Part shown: piece after piece, positions 51,882-60,688 of the stretch | Layout of the letters: each line of letters starts with the position of its first letter | Position numbering within the stretch: the stretch's first letter is position 1 | Assembly (NCBI GenBank): GCA_038236735.1 | Contig: JBBRZL010000001.1 | Location: 1-60,688 of the forward strand | Length of the DNA stretch: 60,688 bases | From: Holophagales bacterium | GTDB taxonomy: Bacteria; Acidobacteriota; Holophagae; Holophagales; Holophagaceae | Direction of reading: 5' to 3' | The notes under the pieces: generated by a model | What the model was told of the DNA's origin: nothing | The model's input: only the letters and a program-made list of their open reading frames with translations | The model's database searches: none | Made by a program: the position numbers and the translations under genes

Positions 51882-53267
51882 ATGAATCCCTTCGCCACTT
51901 TCATTCCAGCGATCCTCGAGGCCCGCCTTCAAGACGGGATCCAGCACGCGTTGAGTCTGGGCGCGGAAGGGGCCGAAGCGTTCATCTCAGTCTCCCGCAG
52001 CCGCAAGGCCAAGGTACAGAACGGCGCGCTGGAGGATCTCAAAGTGAGCAAGCGAGGTGGCCTGGGCGTGCGCGTGCTCCGCCCCGGCTCCAAGGGCACC
52101 CGCACGGGACTGGCCACCACCACGGACCTGACGGCACCGGATTTTCGCCAGCTCTTCGCCCAGGCCTGGGAGCTGAGCGCCCTGGGCGACGAGGATCCCT
52201 GGCTGCGCCAGGCGGAGCCTTCCGGCACTGATGACCTGCCCAGCCGCTTCGACCCAGCCGTGGACGCCATCACGCCGGAGCAACGCATCTCCTGGGCCCT
52301 CCAGCTGGAGGTTGAAGCCCGCAAGGCTTCGACCAAGGTTGCCGCCGTGCGGGAGGCCTCCTGGAGCGACGGTTCCGGCGCCAGCCTGCTGTTGACCCAG
52401 AAGGGCGTGCGAGCTGCGGATGTCTTCTCCAGCTGCTCGGCGGCCATCGAACTGGCCGTGGCCGACGGCGAAGAGCGGCAGGCGGCCTCGCACTGGGATG
52501 TGGCCCGCCGGCCCAACCTGGATCTCGCCGCTATCGGCACCGAGGCCGCCCTCAAGGGGGAACGGAAGCTGAATCCCCGGCGGCTGCCTGCGGGCCGGTA
52601 TCCGGTGGTGCTCCACCCGGAAGTGACCGTGGACCTGCTGGGCATCGTGGCGGGCATGCTGGACGCGGAATCGGTCCTCAAGCAGCGCAGTCTATTCGCA
52701 GGCAAGCTGGGCGAGCGCATCGCCTCGCCCCTGCTCACCCTCATCGACGACGGCCGCCTCCTGGAGGCCCCGGGCCGAGCGGCCCTGGGCACCGAGCCCT
52801 GGGATGCGGAGGGTCTGCCCACGCGGCGCAACATGCTGCTCGAGGGCGGGGTCCTGCGGACCTACCTCCACACCCTCAAGACCGCTGCGGAGATGGGCCT
52901 GGCCCCCACCGCCAGCGCCGGTCGCGGCTTCGGCAGCCAACCCGGGGCCACCACCTTCAACCTGTTCCCCCTGGCCGGAAATTCAGCGCCTGAGGCGTTG
53001 TACCGCCAGGCCGCCAACGGCGTGCTCATCACTGAGATCATGGGCCTCCACACGGTGGATCCCGTGAGCGGCGACCTCAGTGTGGGTGCCAGCGGCCTCC
53101 GCATCCGCGATGGTCAGTTGGCCGAGCCCGTGGACCAGATCACCTTCGCCGGCAACCTGCGGGATTTCCTCACCCGCATTGTGGCCGTGGGCAGCGACCT
53201 CCACTGGTACGGCAGCAGCGCGGGCCTGAGCCTCCTGCTGGAGGACATCGCCCTGGGCGGCGCCTGA
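51882..53267 (+). CDS. pmbA: PmbA/TldE, non-catalytic partner of TldD
   Basis: TldD/PmbA motifs (GLGVRV, LIDDG, DAEG.PT, SGDLSVG, AGNL); no HExxxH. Confidence 0.9.
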   Translation: MNPFATFIPAILEARLQDGIQHALSLGAEGAEAFISVSRSRKAKVQNGALEDLKVSKRGGLGVRVLRPGSKGTRTGLATTTDLTAPDFRQLFAQAWELSALGDEDPWLRQAEPSGTDDLPSRFDPAVDAITPEQRISWALQLEVEARKASTKVAAVREASWSDGSGASLLLTQKGVRAADVFSSCSAAIELAVADGEERQAASHWDVARRPNLDLAAIGTEAALKGERKLNPRRLPAGRYPVVLHPEVTVDLLGIVAGMLDAESVLKQRSLFAGKLGERIASPLLTLIDDGRLLEAPGRAALGTEPWDAEGLPTRRNMLLEGGVLRTYLHTLKTAAEMGLAPTASAGRGFGSQPGATTFNLFPLAGNSAPEALYRQAANGVLITEIMGLHTVDPVSGDLSVGASGLRIRDGQLAEPVDQITFAGNLRDFLTRIVAVGSDLHWYGSSAGLSLLLEDIALGGA

Positions 53268-53320
53268 GTTCTGCATCATGCTTTCTGTCTCTGGATCTGG
53301 CCATTTCCTGTGAGGTTCCC

Positions 53321-55024
53321 ATGTCATCCCTGAGCGCCGCGAAACAGTATCTTTCCTTTCCCCACTTGGAAGCCGAGCTCCGCACTGAGCTGGAACCACT
53401 CGTGAAGGCCGCCGAGGCCGGCGACGCCAAGGCCATCGCGGAACTGGAGGATCGCTTCTTCGAACCCCTCGCTTTCGGCACCGGCGGCCTGCGTGGCTTC
53501 ATGGCGGCCGGACTGCGCCGCATGAACCAGCCCAACGTGCGGCGCACCACCCTGGCCCTGGCGGCGGTGGCTCTGCGGCACGCGCCGGACAAGAAGATCG
53601 CCGTGGTGGGCTACGACACCCGCCTGCGCTCCGACGTCTTCGCGGCGGAGAGCGCCGCCGTCCTCGCCGCGGCGGGCTACCAGGTGTTCCTCGGCACGCG
53701 GCCCATGCCCACGCCCTTCCTCTGCTTCGCCATGAAGGCCCTGGGTTCAGGCTGCGGCGTGATCATCACCGCCAGCCACAATCCGAAGGAATACAACGGC
53801 TACAAGGCCTACAACGATCGCGGGGGTCAGGTGGTGGAGCCCTGGGATGCGGAGGTCGAGGCCCACATGGCCAGCCTGCCCATGGTGCCGGATCCACCGG
53901 TGGCGCTGCCCGGCCATATCGGCCCCATTCCGCTGGAAGTCGAGAACGCCTACCTGACCCTGGGCCAGGAACTCCTGCAGCACCCCCAACCCTTCACACC
54001 TGTTCGCATCCTCTACACGCCCTTCCACGGCACGGGGGTCGCGTTCGTGCCGGAGCTGTTCAAGCTGGCCGGCATCCCCCTCACCGTGAGCCCCAGCCAG
54101 GGCATCCAGGACGGCACCTTCCCCACGGCGCCCCGGCCCAATCCCGAAGAGCTGGCCGCCTACGCCTCACCCATGAAGGAAGCCGCCGCCATGGACGCGG
54201 AACTCATCCTCGCCAACGATCCCGATGCCGACCGCATCGGCGTGGTGGCCAGGCGTAACGGCGCCTGGGAGCTCATGAGCGGCAACGACCTCGCGGCCCT
54301 CACCCTCGACTACCTCTGCTCCCACAAGGGTCGAAAGGGGGCCGTGGTGAGCACGGTGGTCACCTCCGACTTCATGGCCGAGGTGGCCCGGAAATACGGG
54401 TTGCCCGTGGTGTGGACCCTCACCGGCTTCAAGAACATCGCCGTGTGCATGGACCGCCTCGAAGCCCTGGGCGAGGCCTATGCCTTCAGCGCGGAAGAGA
54501 GCTACGGCATGCTGATTCCACCCAGCCTGCGCGACAAGGATGGCGTCACCGCAGCGCTGGTGGTGGCGGAGATGGCGGGGCACTACAAAGCCAAAGGGAT
54601 GACCCTCTTCGAGGCCGTGGAGGCCCTCATGGCCCGGGTGGGCACCTTCCACAACCGCCTGGTGAACCTCGAGGATCCCCGGCCCGGCGGCGCCAAGCGC
54701 TTCGCCGAGGCCATGGGCCGCATTCGCAATGCGGGCCTCGCCACCTTCAGCGGCGAGAAGGTGGCCAGCTGGGAGGATTTCCAGACCGGCCTGTGGCACG
54801 GCGAGGGTCGCACCGAGACCATACTCGACCGGCCCGACCATCGCGCGGTCGCTCAGCCCATCCCCCTCAGCAACGCGCTCAAGTTCCGCCTGGAGAGCGG
54901 CGCCTTCGCCGCCTTCCGCCCCAGCGGCACCGAACCCAAGCTGAAGGTCTACCTGCAGAGCCGCACCGATGCCGCCCTGCTGGACCGCATGGAGGCCGAG
55001 GCCCGGACCCTGCTCGGCCTCTAA
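53321..55024 (+). CDS. Phosphoglucomutase/phosphomannomutase
   Basis: FGTGGLRG, TASHNP, DPDADR, EESYG, DKDG, RPSGTEPKLK. Confidence 0.95.
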   Translation: MSSLSAAKQYLSFPHLEAELRTELEPLVKAAEAGDAKAIAELEDRFFEPLAFGTGGLRGFMAAGLRRMNQPNVRRTTLALAAVALRHAPDKKIAVVGYDTRLRSDVFAAESAAVLAAAGYQVFLGTRPMPTPFLCFAMKALGSGCGVIITASHNPKEYNGYKAYNDRGGQVVEPWDAEVEAHMASLPMVPDPPVALPGHIGPIPLEVENAYLTLGQELLQHPQPFTPVRILYTPFHGTGVAFVPELFKLAGIPLTVSPSQGIQDGTFPTAPRPNPEELAAYASPMKEAAAMDAELILANDPDADRIGVVARRNGAWELMSGNDLAALTLDYLCSHKGRKGAVVSTVVTSDFMAEVARKYGLPVVWTLTGFKNIAVCMDRLEALGEAYAFSAEESYGMLIPPSLRDKDGVTAALVVAEMAGHYKAKGMTLFEAVEALMARVGTFHNRLVNLEDPRPGGAKRFAEAMGRIRNAGLATFSGEKVASWEDFQTGLWHGEGRTETILDRPDHRAVAQPIPLSNALKFRLESGAFAAFRPSGTEPKLKVYLQSRTDAALLDRMEAEARTLLGL

Positions 55025-55151
55025 TTCAACTCGCCTGACATACCTGGATCAATGGGTTGATGGCGAGGTGCCCTTCCATCGGGGCATGGCCCCTCTGGCG
55101 CCCTTGCGCGCAGACGCACCGGGGCTGTCACCCTGCTGGAGGCACTGGCCT

Positions 55152-55267
55152 CCAGGGATCGCGCGCTGCGCGTGCTCCCACTCGCCAAGGCTCGCGGACC
55201 TGGAGCCTCCCAGGGATCGCGCGCTGCGCGTGCTCCCACTCGCCAAGGCTCGCGGACCTGGAGCCTC
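55152..55267. repeat. Two perfect tandem copies of a 58-bp structured unit
   Basis: CCAGGGATCGCGCGCTGCGCGTGCTCCCACTCGCCAAGGCTCGCGGACCTGGAGCCTC at 55152-55209 and 55210-55267. Confidence 0.92.
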
Positions 55268-55336
55268 TCTCCAGACCCCCTGCCGCGTGGTGCCCACGGA
55301 CGTGGCGGATGGTCCGGTTATTTCGCGCGGGCACCC

Positions 55337-57439
55337 CTAGCCCAGCTTCAGGATGCTCGAACCATCGGCGTAATCCTCCGTTGGCGTCTCGCGCATCTTC
55401 TGGAGCACCTGCACCAGGGCGCGGATGCGCTCCACCATTTCCCCGATCTTGGCGAGCTTCATCTCCTCGGGGTACTTCCGTTGCAGCATCTCCACCTGCA
55501 TGGAGATGATGGCCAAGGGGTTATTGATCTCATGCTTCAGGGTGCCGGCCATCTGCCGGAAGGATTCCAGGCGTTCGGCCGCAAGGGCCCTCTGCTGAAG
55601 CTCGGTATGGCCGCGCAGCACCTGAAGACGGTGGTGGAGGGCCTCCCACCGGAAGCCCTCGGCCAGCCAGTCCGTGGCGCCGGCGTCGATGAGCCGGGGG
55701 GTCTCGTCCTCCGTGCAGCGGATCACGAGGATCGGCGTGGTGGCGAAGGAGGGATGATGCCGGTAGATCCGGATGCAGCCTTCCAGATCCCGGTTGCCCT
55801 GGGCGTCTACCACCAGGAACCGGAACTTGGGCAGGGGCGGCGGCGGCGGTTCCTGCTCCAGGGGATGCAGCCAGAGATTCCCGGCCTCGGCCACGGTCTG
55901 GAAGAGGCCCACCAGATTCAAATCCTCGCTGACCAGCCCCAACAAAGGCAGGGCGGGTTCTTCCGGCATGACATCTGGACTTTCGGGCAGGAAGACATCC
56001 AGGGCCTGGTCCGCCCAGTGCCAGCGCACGCCGGCTTCCTGGAGCACCCGCTGGGTCCAGGGATCGGGAATGGGGCCATGCAAGCCTGCCGGAAGACTCA
56101 ACCTCAGGACCCGAAAACCCCGCTCGATATCCCAGCGGGAAGTGACCGAGGCCTTTTCCGCGAGCTGCATGAGCATGGGTTCCACCAGCCCCACGAGGGC
56201 CACCAGCAGGGGACCACCGGCCATCCAGACTGATGCAGAAGGTGCCTCCCCCACGCACATCCGTACCCTCCGCAGGCGGAGCAGGGATTCCCAACGCCGG
56301 ATAAGGTCCTCCTGCAGCGTCGCCACCGGGAAGGGATGGCCGCCCAGGGGCGTGCCTTCTACCTGTCCTTCGCGGCTGCCGTATTCGAGCAGAGCCGACA
56401 GTTGTTCCAGCTGGGAGCGGATGGCCTCCCCCGCATGATCTGGGAGATCCTCGGCCCAGCTTTGCACACGCATCAATGGCCCGGCCAAGGCGGCGAGCAG
56501 CTGCCCATGGCGATCAGACTCACGCTGGCGATCGGTACGTAACCTCAGGATTTCACCCTGTTGTTCGGCCTGGCCGAGGGCCCGCCGGTTGAGCAGAGCC
56601 TGGCGGAGCGCCATGGAGCCGAGCCGCACGAAGGCTTGGAAAATGGCCAAGTCGAAGCGGCTGAAGGGTCGGCCTTCGGATTCCCGGTCCAGGTACAAAG
56701 CGCCATGGATCTCACCCTCATGCTCCATGGGAGCGCAAAGCAGGGAGCCCCGATGCAACTCGACCAGGCTCATGCCCCCGAAGCGCGGATCTGCCAGGGG
56801 CTGGTTGGACAGCACGGCGGTGCGCTCCCGCGCCACATATTCGAGTACGGAACGGGAGAGGCCGATGCCTTCCTGCACGTCACCCACCCGGTGCGCCGTG
56901 CGCCACTCCCCTTCCCGTTGCCGCATGACGAGAAAGCCACGATCACCGCCCAGGAGACGCAGTGATTCCTCCAACAGCCCCTTCACCATGGCGTCGGCAT
57001 CCACTTCCTGAAGCAGTTTTTCCGTGGCCCGGTGGAGCAGCTCGATGCCCCGGATCAGCACCATGGCCTGGGCCGGCTCGGGCCGGACTTCCTGGAACAG
57101 GTCACCCACCCGCTCCACGAAGACCTGGTTGTCCAGCCCCGGGAAGCCCAGGGTGAAGGTGAGATGCCACCCCCCCAACACCAGTTCATCGCCCTCTTCG
57201 AGGGGATGGCCCTGAGGGTGAGCCAGTCCGACTCCGTTCAACAGGGTGCCATTGGACGAATCCAGGTCCTTGATCCACCAGATCCCGCCAATGCGGTCAA
57301 TGGACGCATGCACCCGGGACAGCCCCTCCTGGTTCGGCTGGGCCAGGGCGCAGAGAAGGGGATCCCGGCCCAGTTGGCAGGCCTCATGAAGGGCATGCCG
57401 CATGAGTTGCTTCCCTTCCAGCCAGGACAGGTAGGGCAT
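55337..57439 (-). CDS. FHA-GAF signalling protein with degenerate kinase/receiver modules and terminal HisKA
   Basis: FHA LGR..SR.HA..DL.S.NGT; GAF LSRSV..DPRF..LCAP..LYLD; REC-like TPILV..GATD; LKHEINNPL near the C-terminus. Confidence 0.8.
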   Translation of the reverse strand: MPYLSWLEGKQLMRHALHEACQLGRDPLLCALAQPNQEGLSRVHASIDRIGGIWWIKDLDSSNGTLLNGVGLAHPQGHPLEEGDELVLGGWHLTFTLGFPGLDNQVFVERVGDLFQEVRPEPAQAMVLIRGIELLHRATEKLLQEVDADAMVKGLLEESLRLLGGDRGFLVMRQREGEWRTAHRVGDVQEGIGLSRSVLEYVARERTAVLSNQPLADPRFGGMSLVELHRGSLLCAPMEHEGEIHGALYLDRESEGRPFSRFDLAIFQAFVRLGSMALRQALLNRRALGQAEQQGEILRLRTDRQRESDRHGQLLAALAGPLMRVQSWAEDLPDHAGEAIRSQLEQLSALLEYGSREGQVEGTPLGGHPFPVATLQEDLIRRWESLLRLRRVRMCVGEAPSASVWMAGGPLLVALVGLVEPMLMQLAEKASVTSRWDIERGFRVLRLSLPAGLHGPIPDPWTQRVLQEAGVRWHWADQALDVFLPESPDVMPEEPALPLLGLVSEDLNLVGLFQTVAEAGNLWLHPLEQEPPPPPLPKFRFLVVDAQGNRDLEGCIRIYRHHPSFATTPILVIRCTEDETPRLIDAGATDWLAEGFRWEALHHRLQVLRGHTELQQRALAAERLESFRQMAGTLKHEINNPLAIISMQVEMLQRKYPEEMKLAKIGEMVERIRALVQVLQKMRETPTEDYADGSSILKLG

Positions 57440-57484
57440 CGAACCTCCACCGTTCTGTTTCGGCCGAGGTCTTCGAAGTCTTAA

Positions 57485-57784
57485 TTAGGCAGGCAAAGGA
57501 TACCGCGTGTCCCGGGTTCGGCTGGGGCGGAAGAAGAGCATGGTATGGCCGATGGTCCAGACGTGTTCCAGGCCGGAAACGGAGGCGCACATGGCCATGG
57601 CGGCGGTCCCCTCGTCCTCGAAGCTGTTGGGATTGATCTTGATCTTCACAAGCTCGAGGCTTTCAATCATCACCTCCAGCTCCGCGGCCTGGGCTGGCGT
57701 GACGCCGCTCTTGCCTACGTGCATGACAGGCTTGAGCTTGTGGGCCTGGGCCTTGAGAAACTGGCGTTGTTTAGGCGTGAGCAT
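57485..57784 (-). CDS. yhbY: Ribosome assembly RNA-binding protein YhbY (CRM domain)
   Basis: MLTPKQRQFLKAQAHKLKP..VGKSG, ELVKIKI, IGH. Confidence 0.92.
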   Translation of the reverse strand: MLTPKQRQFLKAQAHKLKPVMHVGKSGVTPAQAAELEVMIESLELVKIKINPNSFEDEGTAAMAMCASVSGLEHVWTIGHTMLFFRPSRTRDTRYPLPA

Positions 57785-57801
57785 CGGAACTCCGGTCTCT
57801 C

Positions 57802-57811
57802 AGTCTATCTT
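57802..57811. promoter_or_regulatory. Overlapping divergent -10 elements (TAGACT on -, TATCTT on +)
   Basis: AGTCTATCTT in the 44-bp gap; each predicted TSS leaves room for an SD (GGAG, GAGGTG) before its ATG. Confidence 0.5.
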
Positions 57812-57828
57812 GGATGGCGAGGTGCCCC

Positions 57829-59223
57829 ATGCGTCCAACCATCCTCCGCCCCCTGCTGCTGTCCCTGGCCACCATGGCTTGTCTGGCCGCCCCGCCACGC
57901 ACCCTGCGCGTGGACTATGGCCACACGGGTGACGCGGCCTCCGAGCGGTTCGGCATGGATCGTGTGGTGCTGGAGCCCCTACCCTGGCCAGGCGACCTGA
58001 CCAAGGCGCTGGACACCAGCAACCTGGGGAAGTACTGCTTCGAAGTCACGGACAAAACCAGCGGCAAGCTGCTCTACTCCCGGGGCTTTGCCAGCATCTA
58101 TGGCGAATGGGAGACCACGGACGAGGCCAAGGCCCAGAGTCGCACCTTCTCCGAATCCCTGCGCTTCCCCCAGCCGGATCGACCCGTGCGCATCCAGTTG
58201 AAGAAACGCAATGAGAGAAATGCCTTCAAGGCCATCTGGGCCTTCGACCTCGATCCGAAGGATCCCCTCATCGAGCGGGCCCCGGCCCCGGAGGCCGGTG
58301 GTCTCATCACGCTCCAGAACAGTGGCGACTCGCCAGACAAGGTGGACTTCCTCATCCTGGGCGACGGCTACACCCTCGCCGAGCGGGGCAAGTTCGAACA
58401 ACAGGCCCGCAAGGTCATGGAACTGCTCTTCGAACAGACCCCTTTCAAGGAGCACCGGAAGGACTTCAATGTCTGGGCCCTCTGCCCACCCTCACGGGAA
58501 AGCGGTATCTCCCGGCCCTCCACGGGCGTGCATCGACGCACCCCACTGGGCACCACCTTCGATGCCTTCGGCAGCGAGCGCTACGTGCTCACCTTCGACA
58601 ATCGCGCCTTCCGGGACCTCGCCGCCCAGGCCCCCTACGAATTCGTGGAGATCCTTGTCAATGCCGAAACCTATGGCGGCGGAGGCATCCACAACCTCTA
58701 CAGCACCGCCGCTGCGGCCAACAGCACCATCGGCTACCTCTTCGTCCACGAGTTCGGCCATCATTTCGCGGGCCTGGCCGACGAGTACTACACGTCGGAC
58801 GTGGCCGTCACCAACAGCGCCACTCGGCCGGAGCCATGGGAGCCCAACGCCACGATCGACCCGCAGCACCCCAAGTGGAAGAACCTACTGAGCCCGGGCG
58901 TACCGCTGCCGACTCCCTGGGTCAAGGAGGCCTTCGAAGCACACAGCCATGAGTACCAGAAGGAACGCCGCGCCATCCGCGCCGCCAATCGGCTCGAAGC
59001 CGAGATGGATGCCCTCTTCGCCAAAGAGAAGGTCTTCGAGATGAACCTGCTGGGCAAGGACACCTACGCCGGGAAGGTGGGTGCCTTCGAGGGCGCCAAC
59101 TACGAAGCCAAGGGCTACTTCCGCAGCCAGGAGGATTGCCTCATGTTCTCCCGCGACGATGTGGGTTTCTGTGCTGCCTGCCGGGCCGCCATCGCGCGTG
59201 TGATCCAGCAGTACGCGAAATAG
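57829..59223 (+). CDS. Secreted M64 family (IgA peptidase-like) metallopeptidase
   Basis: Signal peptide; LGDGYT, YGGGG, HEFGHHFAGLADEY, GAFEGA, CLM..FC..C. Confidence 0.9.
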   Translation: MRPTILRPLLLSLATMACLAAPPRTLRVDYGHTGDAASERFGMDRVVLEPLPWPGDLTKALDTSNLGKYCFEVTDKTSGKLLYSRGFASIYGEWETTDEAKAQSRTFSESLRFPQPDRPVRIQLKKRNERNAFKAIWAFDLDPKDPLIERAPAPEAGGLITLQNSGDSPDKVDFLILGDGYTLAERGKFEQQARKVMELLFEQTPFKEHRKDFNVWALCPPSRESGISRPSTGVHRRTPLGTTFDAFGSERYVLTFDNRAFRDLAAQAPYEFVEILVNAETYGGGGIHNLYSTAAAANSTIGYLFVHEFGHHFAGLADEYYTSDVAVTNSATRPEPWEPNATIDPQHPKWKNLLSPGVPLPTPWVKEAFEAHSHEYQKERRAIRAANRLEAEMDALFAKEKVFEMNLLGKDTYAGKVGAFEGANYEAKGYFRSQEDCLMFSRDDVGFCAACRAAIARVIQQYAK

Positions 59224-59360
59224 TCAACGGCCACGCTCCGGCGACCATAGAAGCTTGCACTGTTCGTCCTGCTCCCGGTCATGGTGGCCACGCTCTGCCG
59301 CATGCGGCTGCTGGCATCCTGATCCGTACCCTGGGCCATGCCCTGGTCGGCTGGAACCTG

Positions 59361-60368
59361 TCAGCGGCGGGGCATGCCGAGAGCCCTCGCCCGGAGCTCC
59401 TGCAGGAACCCAGCATCCACCCACCAGAGGGCCGTGTACCCATTGCCCCCTTGGGTGCGCTCCGCCAGGAGGTCGGTCCAGCGGAGGGGCTTCCCATCCA
59501 GTCTGGGCAGGGCACGATCACTGCCGAAGAAGACCACCCTGCCATCAGGGCTCAGGTTGATGGAGTATTCATCCCCGGCGGCACTGTTCACGGCCGGCCC
59601 CAGGTGGACAGGCTCTGTCCAGGTGCCATCCTCCCGGCGGAAATACCCGTAGTAGTCGGCTCCACCCAGCGAATCTGGCCGGCCCATCAGGGGCACCAGG
59701 ATGAAGCGGCCTTCCGGATCCACCCGGGGATTGGCCTGACGCGGGTTTGCATTGAAAGGGGGTGGCAGCTTTGCCGCCGCGGTCCAGGTCCCATCCTTCC
59801 AGGCGGAGCGCATGAGCCAACCGCCTTGGCCTTCCTCCTGGAGGAAGTGGAGCAGTCCCTCCCGGGTGATCGACGGATAGAAGACGTTGCCAGTTCCGTT
59901 CACCCCCTCGGGCAGGCGCCGAGCCTCGGACCAGTCGCGGCCAACCCGCTCCATCACCCAGATCCCGAAGGGACCGGGCTTGCTGGCCTTGGGATCCACC
60001 GGGCGGTCGGAGACGAAGAAGAAGCGTTGCCCATCTGGGCTGATGCAGGGTTCCATGCAGCGCCAGCGTGGATCCCGGGAAAAGGCCGCCACTTCCGGAA
60101 CCGACCAGCCGTCGCCTTGCTGGCGGGTCTCGATGATCACGGCCCTGCGGAAGCCCGGCATGAAGATCCCCACGTAGATCTCCGAGCCATCGGGCAGCAT
60201 GGTGATGTCCCGGGTGGCCAGGCCGGTGTTCAGGATTCCCGGCGCAAATAGGACTGCCTCGCGACCAGGCTGGGGCTGGCCCAGGTACGGACCTGTCCTC
60301 GTCTGGCCCGGGAGCCCTGCCCAGAGGCAGCCAAGCAGCACGCCTATTTGGATCGATCGTGACGCCAT
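59361..60368 (-). CDS. Exported PD40/TolB-like beta-propeller protein
   Basis: Signal peptide; PYLGQ..PG..FAPG, SPDG..FF.SDR repeats, W..P..LG..VNS. Confidence 0.85.
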   Translation of the reverse strand: MASRSIQIGVLLGCLWAGLPGQTRTGPYLGQPQPGREAVLFAPGILNTGLATRDITMLPDGSEIYVGIFMPGFRRAVIIETRQQGDGWSVPEVAAFSRDPRWRCMEPCISPDGQRFFFVSDRPVDPKASKPGPFGIWVMERVGRDWSEARRLPEGVNGTGNVFYPSITREGLLHFLQEEGQGGWLMRSAWKDGTWTAAAKLPPPFNANPRQANPRVDPEGRFILVPLMGRPDSLGGADYYGYFRREDGTWTEPVHLGPAVNSAAGDEYSINLSPDGRVVFFGSDRALPRLDGKPLRWTDLLAERTQGGNGYTALWWVDAGFLQELRARALGMPRR

Positions 60369-60548
60369 GACAGCTCCGGGATGAGTTCCATGCTGCCACT
60401 TATACCTCCATGAAAGGCGGTCAGCAGGGGCCACCCGTGAGGAAACGGGGGCTACTGCACCAATCTGGCGAATCGTTCACCCAGAGCCTTGTTGGGGGAT
60501 GCCCACAAGGGATTTACACCTTGGCGGCATACGCGAGACCTCCCGCTC

Positions 60549-60688
60549 TAGTGTAGTGCGCTCAAAATAGAGGGACCTATGTTTGAGTCACCGCACTTGA
60601 TACTAAGAGGTATCGAGTGCGGGATTTTGTGCTGATCGAACTGACCACCATCGAACGTGAGCGCCTGGAAAGCACAGCGCGAAGCCGG
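60549..60688 (+). mobile_element. Left end of a probable IS630-family insertion sequence, truncated by the window
   Basis: CTAG-TGTAGTG junction (TA target typical of IS630), lower GC, followed by a transposase-like N-terminus. Confidence 0.6.
60617..60688 (+). CDS. Probable IS630 transposase, first 24 codons
   Basis: GAGG SD, GTG start, open to the window end: MRDFVLIELTTIERERLESTARSR resembles the I.L...ER..L....RSR start of IS630 HTH regions. Confidence 0.55.
   Translation, partial: MRDFVLIELTTIERERLESTARSR

Noticed and set aside
55152-55267. Possible CRISPR array
   Set aside because: Only two abutting units, no spacers and no cas genes
55059-57827. 15-bp direct match GATGGCGAGGTGCCC at 55059 and 57813
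   Set aside because: One such match is expected by chance in 60 kb of GC-rich DNA, and the enclosed genes are not mobile-type
59115-59424. Short ORFs between the M64 and PD40 genes
   Set aside because: They overlap real genes and lack start signals or motifs

Overview
GC-rich bacterial chromosomal window made up mostly of housekeeping genes. Gene content and order suggest a Holophagae (Geothrix-like) acidobacterium, but this is inference only. In order it holds: the end of sdh/frdAB; a CCA-adding enzyme and a GNAT; an orphan 2-oxoacid dehydrogenase E1-alpha; an MCP; ackA; a MacAB-type ABC exporter; arfB; a periplasmic MsrB-MsrA; three small ORFs beside tRNA-Thr(CGT); tandem prolyl oligopeptidases; PhoH2; tyrS; two SPOR proteins; ispD; lpxC followed by a complete his operon; an LTA-synthase-like/metallophosphoesterase/membrane triad; mqnC; accA-recJ-lptC/A-like-lptB-rpoN-hpf; coaE-tldD, pmbA and pgm; an FHA-GAF-HisKA protein; yhbY; an M64 peptidase; a PD40 propeller; and the left end of an IS630-like element. 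The most notable observations are: (1) an orphan, apparently Sec-exported protein ending in a type III secretion needle (SctF/PrgI)-like helix; (2) HisC-HAD phosphatase and CoaE-TldD fusions; (3) a candidate sigma-54 promoter with upstream palindromes in front of lpxC-his; (4) a symmetric bidirectional -10 element serving two leaderless genes; (5) a palindromic element built from tRNA T-arm sequence, plus other REP-like repeats; (6) one long beta-jellyroll protein in the lptC-lptA position. All calls come from motif recognition by eye. No database searches were run.
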